A stretch of DNA of 64,000 nucleotides from Pseudodonghicola sp. (GTDB lineage Bacteria; Pseudomonadota; Alphaproteobacteria; Rhodobacterales; Rhodobacteraceae), in the NCBI GenBank assembly GCA_033791545.1, contig JASJGL010000159.1:18298-82297 (forward strand). The letters are read 5' to 3'. Both the position numbers and the translations under genes were made by a program. Each line of letters opens with the position of its first letter. Position 1 is the first letter of the stretch. Shown here piece after piece: positions 1-8,942 of the stretch. The notes under the pieces are model-generated. The model did no database searches. It saw nothing but the letters and a program-made list of their open reading frames with translations, and was not told the DNA's origin.

Positions 1-1813
1 CAAGTTGCTCGGTCATCGCCCCGGCCAGTTGGTCCACATCGGTGATCGTAACCGCGCGGTCATAATAACGCGTCACGTCATGGCCGATGCCGATCGCCAA
101 CAATTCGACCATCTTGCGTTTCTCGACCATCGCGATCACGTCGCGCAGGTGCTTTTCGAGATAGTTTGCCGGGTTCACGCTGAGCGTGGAATCATCCACC
201 GGCGCGCCGTCCGAGATCACCATCAGGATCTTGCGCTGCTCGCGCCGCGCCGCCATCCGTCGATGCGCCCATTCCAGCGCTTCGCCGTCGATGTTTTCCT
301 TCAGCAGCCCCTCTTTCATCATCAGGCCCAGGTTGTCGCGCACCCGTCGCCACGGCGCATCCGCGCTTTTGTAGATGATGTGGCGCAGGTCGTTCAGCCG
401 TCCGGGCTGCTGCGGCCGGCCCGCGTTCAGCCAGGCCTCGCGCGCCTGTCCGCCCTTCCAGGCGCGGGTGGTGAAGCCGAGGATTTCCACCTTCACGTCA
501 CAGCGTTCCAGCGTGCGCGCCAGCACATCGGCGCAGATCGCCGCGATCGAGATCGGCCGCCCCCGCATGGAGCCGGAATTGTCCAGCAGCAGCGTCACCA
601 CGGTGTCGCGAAACTCGGTATCCTTCTCGCGCTTGAAGCTGAGCGGCGTGGTCGGGTTGGCCACCACGCGGGCCAGCCGCCCGGCATCCAGCGTGCCTTC
701 TTCAAGGTCGAATTCCCACGACCGGCTCTGCTGCGCCTGCAAACGCCGCTGCAGCTTGTTGGCCAGCCGCCCGACCGCGCCTTTGAGCGGATCAAGCTGT
801 TGGTCGAGATAGGCGCGCAACCGCTCCAACTCGGCGGGTTCGGCCAGATCCTCGGCGGCGATTTCTTCGTCATGGGCGGCCAGATAGACCCGGTAGTTGG
901 GGTCGGCTTCCGACGCGGCCGGCGGTGGCGGCGGGTCCTGCGGCGCGTCGCCTTCCGGCAGTTCGGCCTCATCTCCCATCTCGTCTTCGGCGTTTTCGTC
1001 CATGCTGACCTGCGCCTGCGCCTGGTCCTGCTGTTCGTCCTGGGATTGCTCGGGATCGGCCTCGGCTGACTGTTCGTCCTGATCGTCGTCACCGGTGCTG
1101 TCGGGATCGGGCTGTTCGTCGGCGTCTTCCTCGGCCTGATCCTCCTGATCCTGATCTTGTTGGTCGGGGTCTTCCCCCAACTGGTCGGCATAGCCCAGAT
1201 CAGAGATGATCTGACGGGCAAAGCGGGCAAAATCCGACTGATCCGACAGCCTGTCCTGCAGATCCTCCAGCGTGCCGCCAGCCTGTTGTTCGATAAAGCC
1301 GCGCCACAGATCCATCACGTTCTGCGCGCCTGCCGGCATGTCGCGCCCGGTCGCAAGGTGGCGGATCAGGAAGCCGGCGGCGGCGGGCAGGGGGGCTTCC
1401 GAGGCCTCGGTCATGCTCTCAAAGCCGCGCCGCATCGCCTCGTTGCCGATCTTGGCGTCGATATTGCTGGCGGTGCCGGGCATGTCGCGTGCGCCCATTG
1501 CCTCGCAGCGGGCGGTCTCCATCGCTTCGTACAGATCGCGCGCCATATCCCCCGGTGGGGCATAGCGGGCGTGCACCCTTTCGTCGTGATACTTGCGGTG
1601 CAGCGCCAGCGCATCCGCGGTGCCACGTGCCAGCAGCACCTCGTCACGGGTCATCCGGCGGCTGACCTGCGGCAGTCGCATCGAGTCGCCCGACAGCCCG
1701 GCGGGATCGACCGAATAGCTTACGGTCAACTCGGGGTCGTCAGCCATCACCTTGGTGGCTTCGGCCAGCGCCTTCTTGAACGGATCGGCGGGGTTGTCGG
1801 TGGGTTTGCTCAT
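1..1813 (-). CDS. cobT: Cobaltochelatase subunit CobT (aerobic pathway). The C-terminal end is cut by the left window edge.
   Basis: Hand translation of the minus strand from ATG at 1813 gives [34 protein letters not shown]... It continues through a long acidic linker ([25 protein letters not shown]...) into a vWA-type segment ([17 protein letters not shown] ... [15 protein letters not shown]). It is absent from the ORF track because the frame has no stop inside the window. It lies directly upstream of cobS. Confidence 0.9.
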   Translation of the reverse strand, partial: MSKPTDNPADPFKKALAEATKVMADDPELTVSYSVDPAGLSGDSMRLPQVSRRMTRDEVLLARGTADALALHRKYHDERVHARYAPPGDMARDLYEAMETARCEAMGARDMPGTASNIDAKIGNEAMRRGFESMTEASEAPLPAAAGFLIRHLATGRDMPAGAQNVMDLWRGFIEQQAGGTLEDLQDRLSDQSDFARFARQIISDLGYADQLGEDPDQQDQDQEDQAEEDADEQPDPDSTGDDDQDEQSAEADPEQSQDEQQDQAQAQVSMDENAEDEMGDEAELPEGDAPQDPPPPPAASEADPNYRVYLAAHDEEIAAEDLAEPAELERLRAYLDQQLDPLKGAVGRLANKLQRRLQAQQSRSWEFDLEEGTLDAGRLARVVANPTTPLSFKREKDTEFRDTVVTLLLDNSGSMRGRPISIAAICADVLARTLERCDVKVEILGFTTRAWKGGQAREAWLNAGRPQQPGRLNDLRHIIYKSADAPWRRVRDNLGLMMKEGLLKENIDGEALEWAHRRMAARREQRKILMVISDGAPVDDSTLSVNPANYLEKHLRDVIAMVEKRKMVELLAIGIGHDVTRYYDRAVTITDVDQLAGAMTEQL

Positions 1814-2038
1814 GCGGGGTCTGGTCCGGTCTTTTGTATACCCGCGCAACCTAGAGCCATTCCCGCGCCTTGACCATAGGGGCCGGTGAAACAGAGCCTG
1901 TCGGTCGGGCAACACATCGTCGCGGCAGGCGGTAATTCGCGCCTGTGCTGGTCCTTCAACGAAGCAAGGGCGCGGACCGTTGCCGATCCACGCCCTGTAT
2001 TTTCTCGACTGGGGCGGGGCCGGAAAGCCCCGGCGGCC

Positions 2039-3025
2039 CTAGACCAGTGCGGCGCTTGCTGCGCTTTCCGGCAGTTCTTCGTCGAAACAGCGCTGATAGA
2101 ACTCGGCCACTGTCTGGCGCTCCAACTCGTCGCATTTGTTCAGGAACGTCAGCCGGAACGCATAGCCCACATCGTGGAAAATCTCGGTGTTCCAAGCCCA
2201 GTTGATCACCGTCCGCGGGCTCATCACCGTGGAGAGATCGCCGTTCATGAAGGCGGTCCGGGTCAGATCGGCCACCGTGACCATCTGGCCAATGGTCTTG
2301 CGACCCTTTTCAGAGTTGAAATGCGGCGCCTTGCCCAGCACGATCATGGTTTCCGCGTCATGGCTGAGATAGTTCAACGTCGCCACTAGCGACCAGCGGT
2401 CCATCTGGGCCTGGTTGATCTGCTGGACCCCGTGATACAGGCCGGTGGTGTCACCCAGACCCACCGTGTTGGCGGTCGCGAATAGGCGGAAATAGGGGTT
2501 CGGCGTGATGATTTCGTTCTGATCCAACAGCGTCAGCTTGCCGTCATGCTCCAGCACCCGCTGGATCACGAACATCACATCGGCGCGGCCTGCGTCGTAT
2601 TCGTCGAACACGATCGCAACCGGGTTGCGCAGCGCCCAAGGCAGGATGCCCTCGTGAAACTCGGTCACCTGTTTGCCGTCGCGCAGCTTGATCGCATCCT
2701 TGCCGATCAGGTCGATCCGGCTGATATGGCTGTCGAGGTTGACCCGAACGGCGGGCCAGTTCAGCCGCGCTGCCACCTGCTCGATATGGGTCGATTTGCC
2801 TGTGCCGTGATAGCCCTGGATCATCACCCGGCGGTTATGGGAAAAGCCCGCCAAAATCGCCAGCGTGGTGTCTGGGTCGAATTTATAGGTGTTGTCGAGC
2901 TCGGGCACGCGATCCGTTGCCTCGGCAAAGCCCTTTACCGTCATGTTCGTGTCAATGCCGAACACATCGCGCACCGAAATGGTTTCGGTGGGCTTTGCGT
3001 TTTGGTTCGTCGCGCCGTCAGCCAT
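2039..3025 (-). CDS. cobS: Cobaltochelatase subunit CobS (MoxR/AAA-type ATPase)
   Basis: ORF 2039..3505 trimmed to the in-frame ATG at 3025 ([25 protein letters not shown]...). Walker A is GYHGTGKST and Walker B-like is AIVFDEYD. The roughly 160-aa upstream extension is Arg/Gly/Pro-rich and non-protein-like. Confidence 0.92.
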   Translation of the reverse strand: MADGATNQNAKPTETISVRDVFGIDTNMTVKGFAEATDRVPELDNTYKFDPDTTLAILAGFSHNRRVMIQGYHGTGKSTHIEQVAARLNWPAVRVNLDSHISRIDLIGKDAIKLRDGKQVTEFHEGILPWALRNPVAIVFDEYDAGRADVMFVIQRVLEHDGKLTLLDQNEIITPNPYFRLFATANTVGLGDTTGLYHGVQQINQAQMDRWSLVATLNYLSHDAETMIVLGKAPHFNSEKGRKTIGQMVTVADLTRTAFMNGDLSTVMSPRTVINWAWNTEIFHDVGYAFRLTFLNKCDELERQTVAEFYQRCFDEELPESAASAALV

Positions 3026-3319
3026 CTGCCAGTCCTTGATCCCTGCTCGTGTTCCGTCCTCTGGTGCAACATATCGTCGCCAGAGGCAAGGGGAAGGCGC
3101 GCGGCGCAGAAACCCCGCGTCACGGCGCCGCGTGCGCGGATCTGTGTCACCGCTGCGCCACAGCCGCCGGATTGCCCGCCGTTGGAGGAGCGATCTCGGC
3201 GCTTTGTCGCGGCGCTGTATCCCACTTTGGCCGCAGATCGTGGGGACCGGGCCGCCATGTTCTGCTATAATGCTGCTATGATGCGGCCACGTTTCACGCC
3301 CTGATCGAAAGAGGATGCC

Positions 3320-3802
3320 ATGCACCGTCGAACGTTCCTGACTGGCGCCGCCGGGGGCGCCGCCACACTGGCGGGCCGCGTCCCGCTTGCCGCCGCCTCT
3401 ACCGGTGAGAGCTTCGAGATCACCCGGACCGAGGCCGAATGGCGCGCCATGCTCACGGATCTGCAATACGCGGTGATGCGGCAAGAGGCGACCGAGCGCG
3501 CCCATTCCTCAGTGCTCGACAAGCAATACGGTGCCGGGCTTTATCACTGCCGGGGCTGCGAACTGCCGCTGTATTCCTCGGATCACAAGTTTGACAGCGG
3601 CACCGGCTGGCCCAGCTTTTACCAAAGCCTGCCGGAGGCCATTGGCACCAGAACCGACCGCAAGCTGCTGTTCATGGTGCGCACTGAATGCCATTGTCGC
3701 CGCTGCGGCAGTCATCTGGGCCATGTCTTTGACGACGGCCCGCCGCCCACCGGCAAGCGGCACTGCATCAACGGGGTGAGCCTGGTGTTCAAACCGGCCT
3801 GA
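3320..3802 (+). CDS. msrB: Peptide-methionine (R)-S-oxide reductase MsrB with an N-terminal twin-arginine (Tat) signal
   Basis: [27 protein letters not shown] is a Tat-like leader. Two CxxC zinc motifs are present ([20 protein letters not shown]), plus the catalytic RHCINGVSL. Confidence 0.9.
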   Translation: MHRRTFLTGAAGGAATLAGRVPLAAASTGESFEITRTEAEWRAMLTDLQYAVMRQEATERAHSSVLDKQYGAGLYHCRGCELPLYSSDHKFDSGTGWPSFYQSLPEAIGTRTDRKLLFMVRTECHCRRCGSHLGHVFDDGPPPTGKRHCINGVSLVFKPA

Positions 3803-3846
3803 GCGGGGGCTGGCCAGGATCTGAAGCCCCAACGTCGAGGCCGGCG

Positions 3847-4842
3847 TTACCAGCCGAAATCAATGTCCGACTTGCCGAGTGTGACATCCTCCAGCAAGGC
3901 AATGTCATAACGCATGGTTTCGCCGTAATAATCGGCGACATAGCGCACCAGCGTATCGTCGCCCTGTGCGTTGATCCGGATCACACCCGGAATCGTGTCG
4001 GTGTCGATCAGAAGACGGTCCCTGTCCGCCTCGAAATCGGTGATCCGGGCGACCCCGTCAAGGGTTTGCCCAAGCAGGAAATGAAAGCTGTCGGCGCCAG
4101 CCCCGCCGGTCAGCACATCAGCCCCGCCGCCGCCGATTATGTTGTCGTCGCCGCGCCCGCCAAAGATGCTGTCGTCGAATCCGTTTATCGGCGGGAAATC
4201 GAAATCGTCACCGTAAAGCCAGTCGTTGCCGGCCCCGCCGCGCAACAGGTCCTTTCCACGCCCGCCATGGATCTCGTCCCGTCCCGCGCCCCCCGCCAGC
4301 TTGTCGCGACCGTTGCCGCCGGAAATGAAATCGTCCGCGGCCTTGCCCAGGATCACGTCGCGACCGGCCCCACCAAAGGCGCGGACGTCCTGAGTGGGCG
4401 TCAAGTTGATCCGGTCGTTTCCGCCATTGCCGAAGATTACCGAGAACCCAGAGACAGGTTCTGGATTCGTGGGGGCATCAATCACATCGTTCCCATCGGT
4501 TCCGATCACCGCGGCATGTCCAGTGGTGGCCTCGGCTGGATCGGTGATCAGCCGCAGGGTGCCCAACGATGCCGGCACATCCTCGACCGAGTATGTGGGG
4601 GCACGGTATTCAAGGAATTCCACGCTTGGCGTCCCCGGAATGATGTCGGGAATGGTCAGTGCCTGGCTATCATACCGCACCGTCAGCGCGCTCCCGTCAT
4701 AGGTGATCGTATGATCGGGCATGAAAAGGAAATCCGGCAGCATCAGCACATCGATCCCGCCCGCATCCTCCCATCGGTCGAAGTCCGAGGAAAACGGATC
4801 GTAAAAGACGAAATCATTGGAAAATCCGGTGGCAAGGGCCAT
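3847..4842 (-). CDS. RTX-type (hemolysin-type) calcium-binding repeat protein
   Basis: Runs of GGxGxD nonapeptides: GGAGRDVILG, GGNGRDKLAGGAGRDEIHGGRGKDLLRGGAGNDWLYG, GGRGDDNIIGGGGADVLTGGAGADSF. Start moved from GTG 4851 to ATG 4842, which has AGGAG 8 nt upstream. Confidence 0.85.
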   Translation of the reverse strand: MALATGFSNDFVFYDPFSSDFDRWEDAGGIDVLMLPDFLFMPDHTITYDGSALTVRYDSQALTIPDIIPGTPSVEFLEYRAPTYSVEDVPASLGTLRLITDPAEATTGHAAVIGTDGNDVIDAPTNPEPVSGFSVIFGNGGNDRINLTPTQDVRAFGGAGRDVILGKAADDFISGGNGRDKLAGGAGRDEIHGGRGKDLLRGGAGNDWLYGDDFDFPPINGFDDSIFGGRGDDNIIGGGGADVLTGGAGADSFHFLLGQTLDGVARITDFEADRDRLLIDTDTIPGVIRINAQGDDTLVRYVADYYGETMRYDIALLEDVTLGKSDIDFGW

Positions 4843-4945
4843 CCGCAACACTCCTGGATAGAATAAGAAACAGACTAATACCGCTAAGAGGTTAGCCGCC
4901 TATTCTTGTTCGGGCAAGTGTCCTGCCCGAGTCCAGCCGTTTCGG

Positions 4946-5005
4946 CCACAGGCAAGCGGCACGGCATCAACGGGGTGAGCCTTTTTCAAGCCGGCCTGGG
5001 CGGGG
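4946..5005 (+). pseudogene. Duplicated fragment of the msrB 3' end (non-functional remnant)
   Basis: By hand alignment it matches 3747..3808 at about 55 of 60 positions with one 2-nt gap. It would encode GKRHGINGVSL versus [11 protein letters not shown] in msrB, so the catalytic Cys codon tgc has become ggc. Confidence 0.7.
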
Positions 5006-5051
5006 CAGGGCGCCGGCGCTATCCGCCGTGCCGTCCTGCGCGCGACCGCCC

Positions 5052-5678
5052 TCAGTTCTTGAAGTTGCGGCTTTCCTTGAGTTGGTCCCAAGCCCAGACC
5101 ACCTCTTGCAGTTGTTCTTCCTGACTGCGGTCGCCGCCGTTCATATCCGGGTGCAGCACCTTGATCAGCTTCTTGTAGGCGCGGCGCACCTCGGTCTTGG
5201 TCCAGTTGTCCTTGGCTTCGAGAATCTCGACCGCGCGTCGTTCGGTCGGGGGCAGGCGGCGGTTGATCGTGCCGCCCTTGCCGGGGTTGCGGGTGGCATT
5301 CGCGCCCAGCACCTGATGCGCATCCTCAATCCCCAGTCGCGCCCAGGCGCGGGTTTCCGGATCACCCATCGGTCGTGTGGCGCGTTCCCACACCTTGTCC
5401 TTGGTGGCCTGCGCGTTGATCTCAGCCTCGGTGGTGCCTTCGAAAAAGTTCCACTTCTGGTTATATTCGCGCACATGTTGCTGGCAGAACCAAAGATAGT
5501 CATCCAGCACGTCCGGGGCTTTGGGCGCGCGGAATTTGCCCGGCTCCTGACAGCCGTCATGGTCGCAGGTCCGGGTCGAGGTTTCCGACGCGCCAGACAC
5601 ACTTCGCCTCCCGCGTGGGTTGCGTTTCTTGGAATTTGTTACTGACATATCGAAGCCAAAAGGATCCGGTTTTGACAT
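5052..5678 (-). CDS. J-domain (DnaJ-like) protein
   Basis: ORF 5052..6035 trimmed to ATG 5678 (MSKPDPFGFD...). The C-terminal J domain carries the HPD motif (YKKLIKVLHPDMNGGDRS). Confidence 0.8.
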   Translation of the reverse strand: MSKPDPFGFDMSVTNSKKRNPRGRRSVSGASETSTRTCDHDGCQEPGKFRAPKAPDVLDDYLWFCQQHVREYNQKWNFFEGTTEAEINAQATKDKVWERATRPMGDPETRAWARLGIEDAHQVLGANATRNPGKGGTINRRLPPTERRAVEILEAKDNWTKTEVRRAYKKLIKVLHPDMNGGDRSQEEQLQEVVWAWDQLKESRNFKN

Positions 5679-5784
5679 GCGCTGCTCCTTTTCGAGGGGG
5701 GCGTTCTGGACTCGGACGCCAGAGTTTAATCTAAGTGGCGGGAGATAGAAGAGGGATCGGCAAATTTTTTGCCGTATGAGCGGA

Positions 5785-5820
5785 AAATGGGCGTAAGAAC
5801 AGAAATGGGCGTAAAAACAG
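5785..5820 (+). repeat. 18-bp tandem duplication spanning the bolA start region
   Basis: aaatgggcgtaagaacag is followed by aaatgggcgtaaaaacag (17/18 identical), which creates two in-frame ATGs. Confidence 0.9.
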
Positions 5821-6062
5821 AAATTGAAACCCGGCTGCGGGCGGCGTTTGAGCCATACGCGCTTGAGGTGATCGACGAAAGCGAAAGTCACCGTGGTCAT
5901 GCGGGATATCGCGACGGCGGCGAAAGTCATTTTCGCGTGGCGATCCGCGCCGCCGATTTTGCCGGCCAAAGCCGCATCGCGCGGCATCGCGCGGTGCATG
6001 CGGCGCTGGGGGCCGAGTTGATTGGCCGCATCCATGCGCTGGCGCTTGAGATCGACGACTAG
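5787..6062 (+). CDS. BolA family protein
   Basis: ...EIETRLRAAFEPYALEVIDESESHRGHAGYRDGGESHFRVAIRAADFAGQSRIARHRAVHAAL is a typical BolA core. The start is ambiguous between ATG 5787 and ATG 5805 because of an 18-bp tandem duplication. Confidence 0.8.
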   Translation: MGVRTEMGVKTEIETRLRAAFEPYALEVIDESESHRGHAGYRDGGESHFRVAIRAADFAGQSRIARHRAVHAALGAELIGRIHALALEIDD

Positions 6063-6106
6063 TCCGGGGGGCTCTAGGGATCGCGATGAGTATCGCGGCG
6101 CGGCGC

Positions 6107-6838
6107 TCAGGCGCGCCCGCTGCCTGCATCCGGATCATCGCCAGTTTCGTCACTGGTATTGTCGTCGACCTTGTCGGCGCTTGCCTCAAATGCTGCGCGG
6201 GCTTTTCTGGCCCGTGCTTTCAGAGCGGCCCCAAGACCGGCGGCTTCTTGTATGTCCTCCACCCCGTTATCCTCCTCGGCCTCGTCCGTTTCCGCGTCGG
6301 CGTGCAATGGCGGCTCACCTGGAGTTACCGGCCAGATCGCCGGTGCGCCGGGCTCCGGCGGTGCCAGTGCAGTACGATCCAGTGCAGTGGGGGCCAGTGC
6401 AGTGGGGGCCAGTGCGGTGGGGGCCAGTGCCGTCCGGTCTGGCGCCGTGCTATCCAGTGTCGTGGGGGCTGGCCCTGCTGCGGCGGCAAGCCCTGCGGCG
6501 GCGGGTGTTTTGAGGTCTGTTGAGACAGGATCTGGGGCCATGGAAACGGGGGCTGTCAGATCGGGCGACTCCATCAGGCGGGGGTGAAACGCCTCGGTCG
6601 CGCCGTCTTTGAGGCGGCGGAACACCAACACATTGCGCCAGTTTACGGTCGAGCCGGTCAACCCGCTGCGCTCGTCGCTGGGCAGTAATTCGGCGCGCAG
6701 ATACTCCCATCCCTCGGCGCCCAGATCGTTCAGCGTGGTCTCGATCGCCAGCGAAAATCGCGCCTCGGGCGTTCTCACGCCCTTGGCCTTGCGTCCTTTT
6801 GCCGGGGCCGGGATGACCTTGTATTCGTAGCGGGGCAT
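6107..6838 (-). CDS. DUF4177-like protein with a low-complexity Ala/Pro/Thr repeat and an acidic tail
   Basis: The N-terminus MPRYEYKVIPAP...LNDLGAEGWEYL resembles DUF4177. The middle carries (D/A)(R/P)TALAP pentapeptide repeats. Confidence 0.7.
   Translation of the reverse strand: MPRYEYKVIPAPAKGRKAKGVRTPEARFSLAIETTLNDLGAEGWEYLRAELLPSDERSGLTGSTVNWRNVLVFRRLKDGATEAFHPRLMESPDLTAPVSMAPDPVSTDLKTPAAAGLAAAAGPAPTTLDSTAPDRTALAPTALAPTALAPTALDRTALAPPEPGAPAIWPVTPGEPPLHADAETDEAEEDNGVEDIQEAAGLGAALKARARKARAAFEASADKVDDNTSDETGDDPDAGSGRA
6364..6438. repeat. 15-bp tandem repeat, about 5 units, in frame inside the DUF4177 gene
   Basis: The unit ccagtgcagtggggg starts at 6364, 6379, 6394, 6409 and 6424. The outer copies are degenerate. 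Confidence 0.9.
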
Positions 6839-6983
6839 GGATTTCCCTATCGATGGTTGCGGGTAATCTAGCAGCTTGCCGCGCGGGGGAAAGGGGGCTT
6901 TGCCGCCCGCCGCCCGCCGGGGTGGCTCCCTCGGGGCATTTCCTTCCGGAAAGGACCGAGACGGAGGGGATGGGGGCGCACAT

Positions 6984-7020
6984 GAAAACGCCCGGACGGG
7001 GATCTATCCCGCCCGGGCGT
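6984..7020 (-). terminator. Rho-independent terminator downstream of the 7044..8774 gene
   Basis: Stem acgcccgg / ccgggcgt. On the minus strand the hairpin is followed by TTTTC. Confidence 0.6.
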
Positions 7021-7043
7021 GTGCCGTGTCAAAGGGGCCGGGG

Positions 7044-8774
7044 TTAGTCCCAGCAGCCCACCAGAACGGTCATGCCAAGCGCCAGTTTGCTCAGATCGTC
7101 CGGCGGCAGCGGTGTCGAAGCGGGCATCTCGGTGCCGATCTCCAGCCCGGCCGCGCTCAACATCGCGCGGATGACGCCGGTATCGGCGGCAAAGCTGACA
7201 TCTTCGGGCAGCCGCTGGCTATCGTTCTTCTGCGCCAGCAGCAGCCCAACCACACCGCCAGCCGTATCGAACACCGGCCCGCCGGCATCCCCCGGCAGCG
7301 GTGCCAGCGCCAGTCGCGTCAGCCCCGGCTCGCCCGCCAGCCCCTTGAGGTCAGCCACAGTACCAAAGGTCAGGGTCGGTGCGCCCAGCACCCCGCCATA
7401 GGAATAGCCCGAGACCGCCACCTCCGATTGCAGCCGTGGCTCGTCGCTGCGCAGCCGCGCCACCGTCATGGGTGCCAAGGCTTGTTCGGGGCGCAGCAGC
7501 GCCAGCCCGTGGGCTGCGTCGAGTGCGGCGACCTGTGCCGGATAGTCGTGATCCAGCGTGATCCGGCTGCAGCCCTCGACCGCCTCTGACGTGGTCAGCA
7601 CCAGCCCCGATGCGTCGATGTAAAAGCCCGAGCGCGAGCGCTTGGGTTTGCGTACGGTCAAGCCGGAAATCAGGTCAACGTTCTGCGGTGCATCGGCACC
7701 GGCACCGGGATCAAGCACGCCTTCGGTCGGCTCGAAACTGGCCTGCATCTGCGCCAGCACGCGGCTGCGGCGATCCTCGTCGCCGACCGGCCAGATCAGG
7801 GTAAAGCCCTTGATCCGTCCAGCGGTCAGCTTGGCCTGAGAGTACGAGACGATCCCCTTGCCGCGCCCTTCGAGGGTAAAGCTGTTGCCATCGCGCGACC
7901 GCGGCCCCTCAAGCGGGACAATCTCCAGCGTTTGCATGATGTCATAGAGGCCATAAAGCGTGGCCTGATCGCCGGGTTGGCTGATCAGCAGCACCCGCAC
8001 GCCCAGATCGTCGGTGGCGTCATAATGGGCAAAGGGCGATTCATAATGCGAGAATTTCACCACCCCCAACGGCAATTGCATCGTGATCCCGGCCCGGCTG
8101 TCGCTATGGCTGCGCATGCCGACGCTGATCAGCGGCGCATTGTATTCATCCATCAGCGCCTGACGCTGGCGGGTGGTCAGCACGCCTGTGGGCTCATAGC
8201 CGCGCGCCGCTTGCCAGTCCGACATTGCCGCCCGCGTGCCGCGCCCAAAGGAGCCGTCGATCGACGAGGCATAGAACCCGGCCGCCTTCAGCGCCACCTG
8301 CAACGCGCGCCGCCCGTCGGCGTCAAGCGCCCGTTCGCCGCGCCGCGCCTCGGCCAGGGTCTCATCCGGGAGCGCGGCTGGCTGTGGGTCGGGGACGGGT
8401 TCGGCCTGTGTTACCTGGGTCTGGGGCGCCGGGGCGGTGAGCTGTGCGTTGTCGCCCACCGGCCAGAATTGCTGACCGAACGCTCCGGAGTCCACCACAT
8501 AGCTGTCCTGCGGGATCTGGCCCTGCAGGCGGTAGACCCGCAGCACCCGTTCCGCGTCGGGGCGCGTATAGGGCCCCAGCGCGATGCCGTACCAGCCGCC
8601 GCCCAGAGCAAAGCCGTTGACGTCGGCGAGACGGCCAGCGAACTGGCTGGCCCGCTCTTGCGCGGTGAGCAGGCTTGGATGGGCCTCGACCTGAACCCAG
8701 GCGACCTCTTGCGCGAGGGCCGGGCGCAGCAGCCCAAAGACAAAAATCACGAACGCGGCAAACAGTCTGGGCAT
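7044..8774 (-). CDS. Secreted SPOR-like / peptidoglycan-binding protein with a degenerate trypsin-like C-terminal domain
   Basis: Four elements, N- to C-terminal:
- Signal peptide MPRLFAAFVIFVFGLLRPALAQE.
- SPOR-like segment WVQVEAHPSL...WYGIALGPY.
- PG_binding_1-like segment ALQVALKAAGFYASSIDGSFGRGTRAAMSDWQ.
- Trypsin-like segment ending PLPGDAGGPVFD, which has Ala where the catalytic Ser of GDSGGP sits. Confidence 0.8.
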   Translation of the reverse strand: MPRLFAAFVIFVFGLLRPALAQEVAWVQVEAHPSLLTAQERASQFAGRLADVNGFALGGGWYGIALGPYTRPDAERVLRVYRLQGQIPQDSYVVDSGAFGQQFWPVGDNAQLTAPAPQTQVTQAEPVPDPQPAALPDETLAEARRGERALDADGRRALQVALKAAGFYASSIDGSFGRGTRAAMSDWQAARGYEPTGVLTTRQRQALMDEYNAPLISVGMRSHSDSRAGITMQLPLGVVKFSHYESPFAHYDATDDLGVRVLLISQPGDQATLYGLYDIMQTLEIVPLEGPRSRDGNSFTLEGRGKGIVSYSQAKLTAGRIKGFTLIWPVGDEDRRSRVLAQMQASFEPTEGVLDPGAGADAPQNVDLISGLTVRKPKRSRSGFYIDASGLVLTTSEAVEGCSRITLDHDYPAQVAALDAAHGLALLRPEQALAPMTVARLRSDEPRLQSEVAVSGYSYGGVLGAPTLTFGTVADLKGLAGEPGLTRLALAPLPGDAGGPVFDTAGGVVGLLLAQKNDSQRLPEDVSFAADTGVIRAMLSAAGLEIGTEMPASTPLPPDDLSKLALGMTVLVGCWD

Positions 8775-8942
8775 TATCGCTCTCTTGCTGTGTCAAACAC
8801 GAATATTTGGTGCAGATAATCAGGAATTGGTCCCGTTGACCATGGTCTAAAAGCCATCGAATTCCCCCTGTTGCGCGTTGACCCTTGTCCGCAGGCGGCA
8901 TAGGAAAGGCGCGCTTTGCACGGTACAGGAAAGAGCGGCCCC

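Noticed and set aside
3026-3319. A cobalamin riboswitch upstream of cobS or the CbiX-like gene (61385..61563), or a Moco riboswitch upstream of the Mo-hydroxylase (60545..60688).
   Set aside because: I read both strands and found no B12 box (GCCACTG-type) or conserved Moco-motif core. The one hairpin seen (CCTCTGG...CCAGAGG at about 3058..3087) is generic. Scanning with a covariance model (Rfam RF00174, RF01055) would be decisive.
2039-3505. Several track ORFs have long N-terminal extensions. Examples: cobS 488 aa, glyS from 10529, folP from 17561, selU from 46917, the 2Fe-2S subunit from 60350, ligB from 62679, the J-domain protein from 6035.
   Set aside because: The extensions are compositionally junk, often overlap the neighbouring gene or the divergent promoter, and an internal ATG/GTG with a Shine-Dalgarno or a start/stop overlap reproduces the canonical family N-terminus.
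6364-6438. Could the short tandem repeats be a CRISPR array or minisatellite locus? The candidates are the 15-bp units at 6364, the 33-bp units at 27114 and the 9-bp units at 36944.
   Set aside because: The units are directly adjacent with no spacers, and two of the three are in frame inside coding genes. No cas genes or leader are present. They are reported as simple tandem repeats instead.
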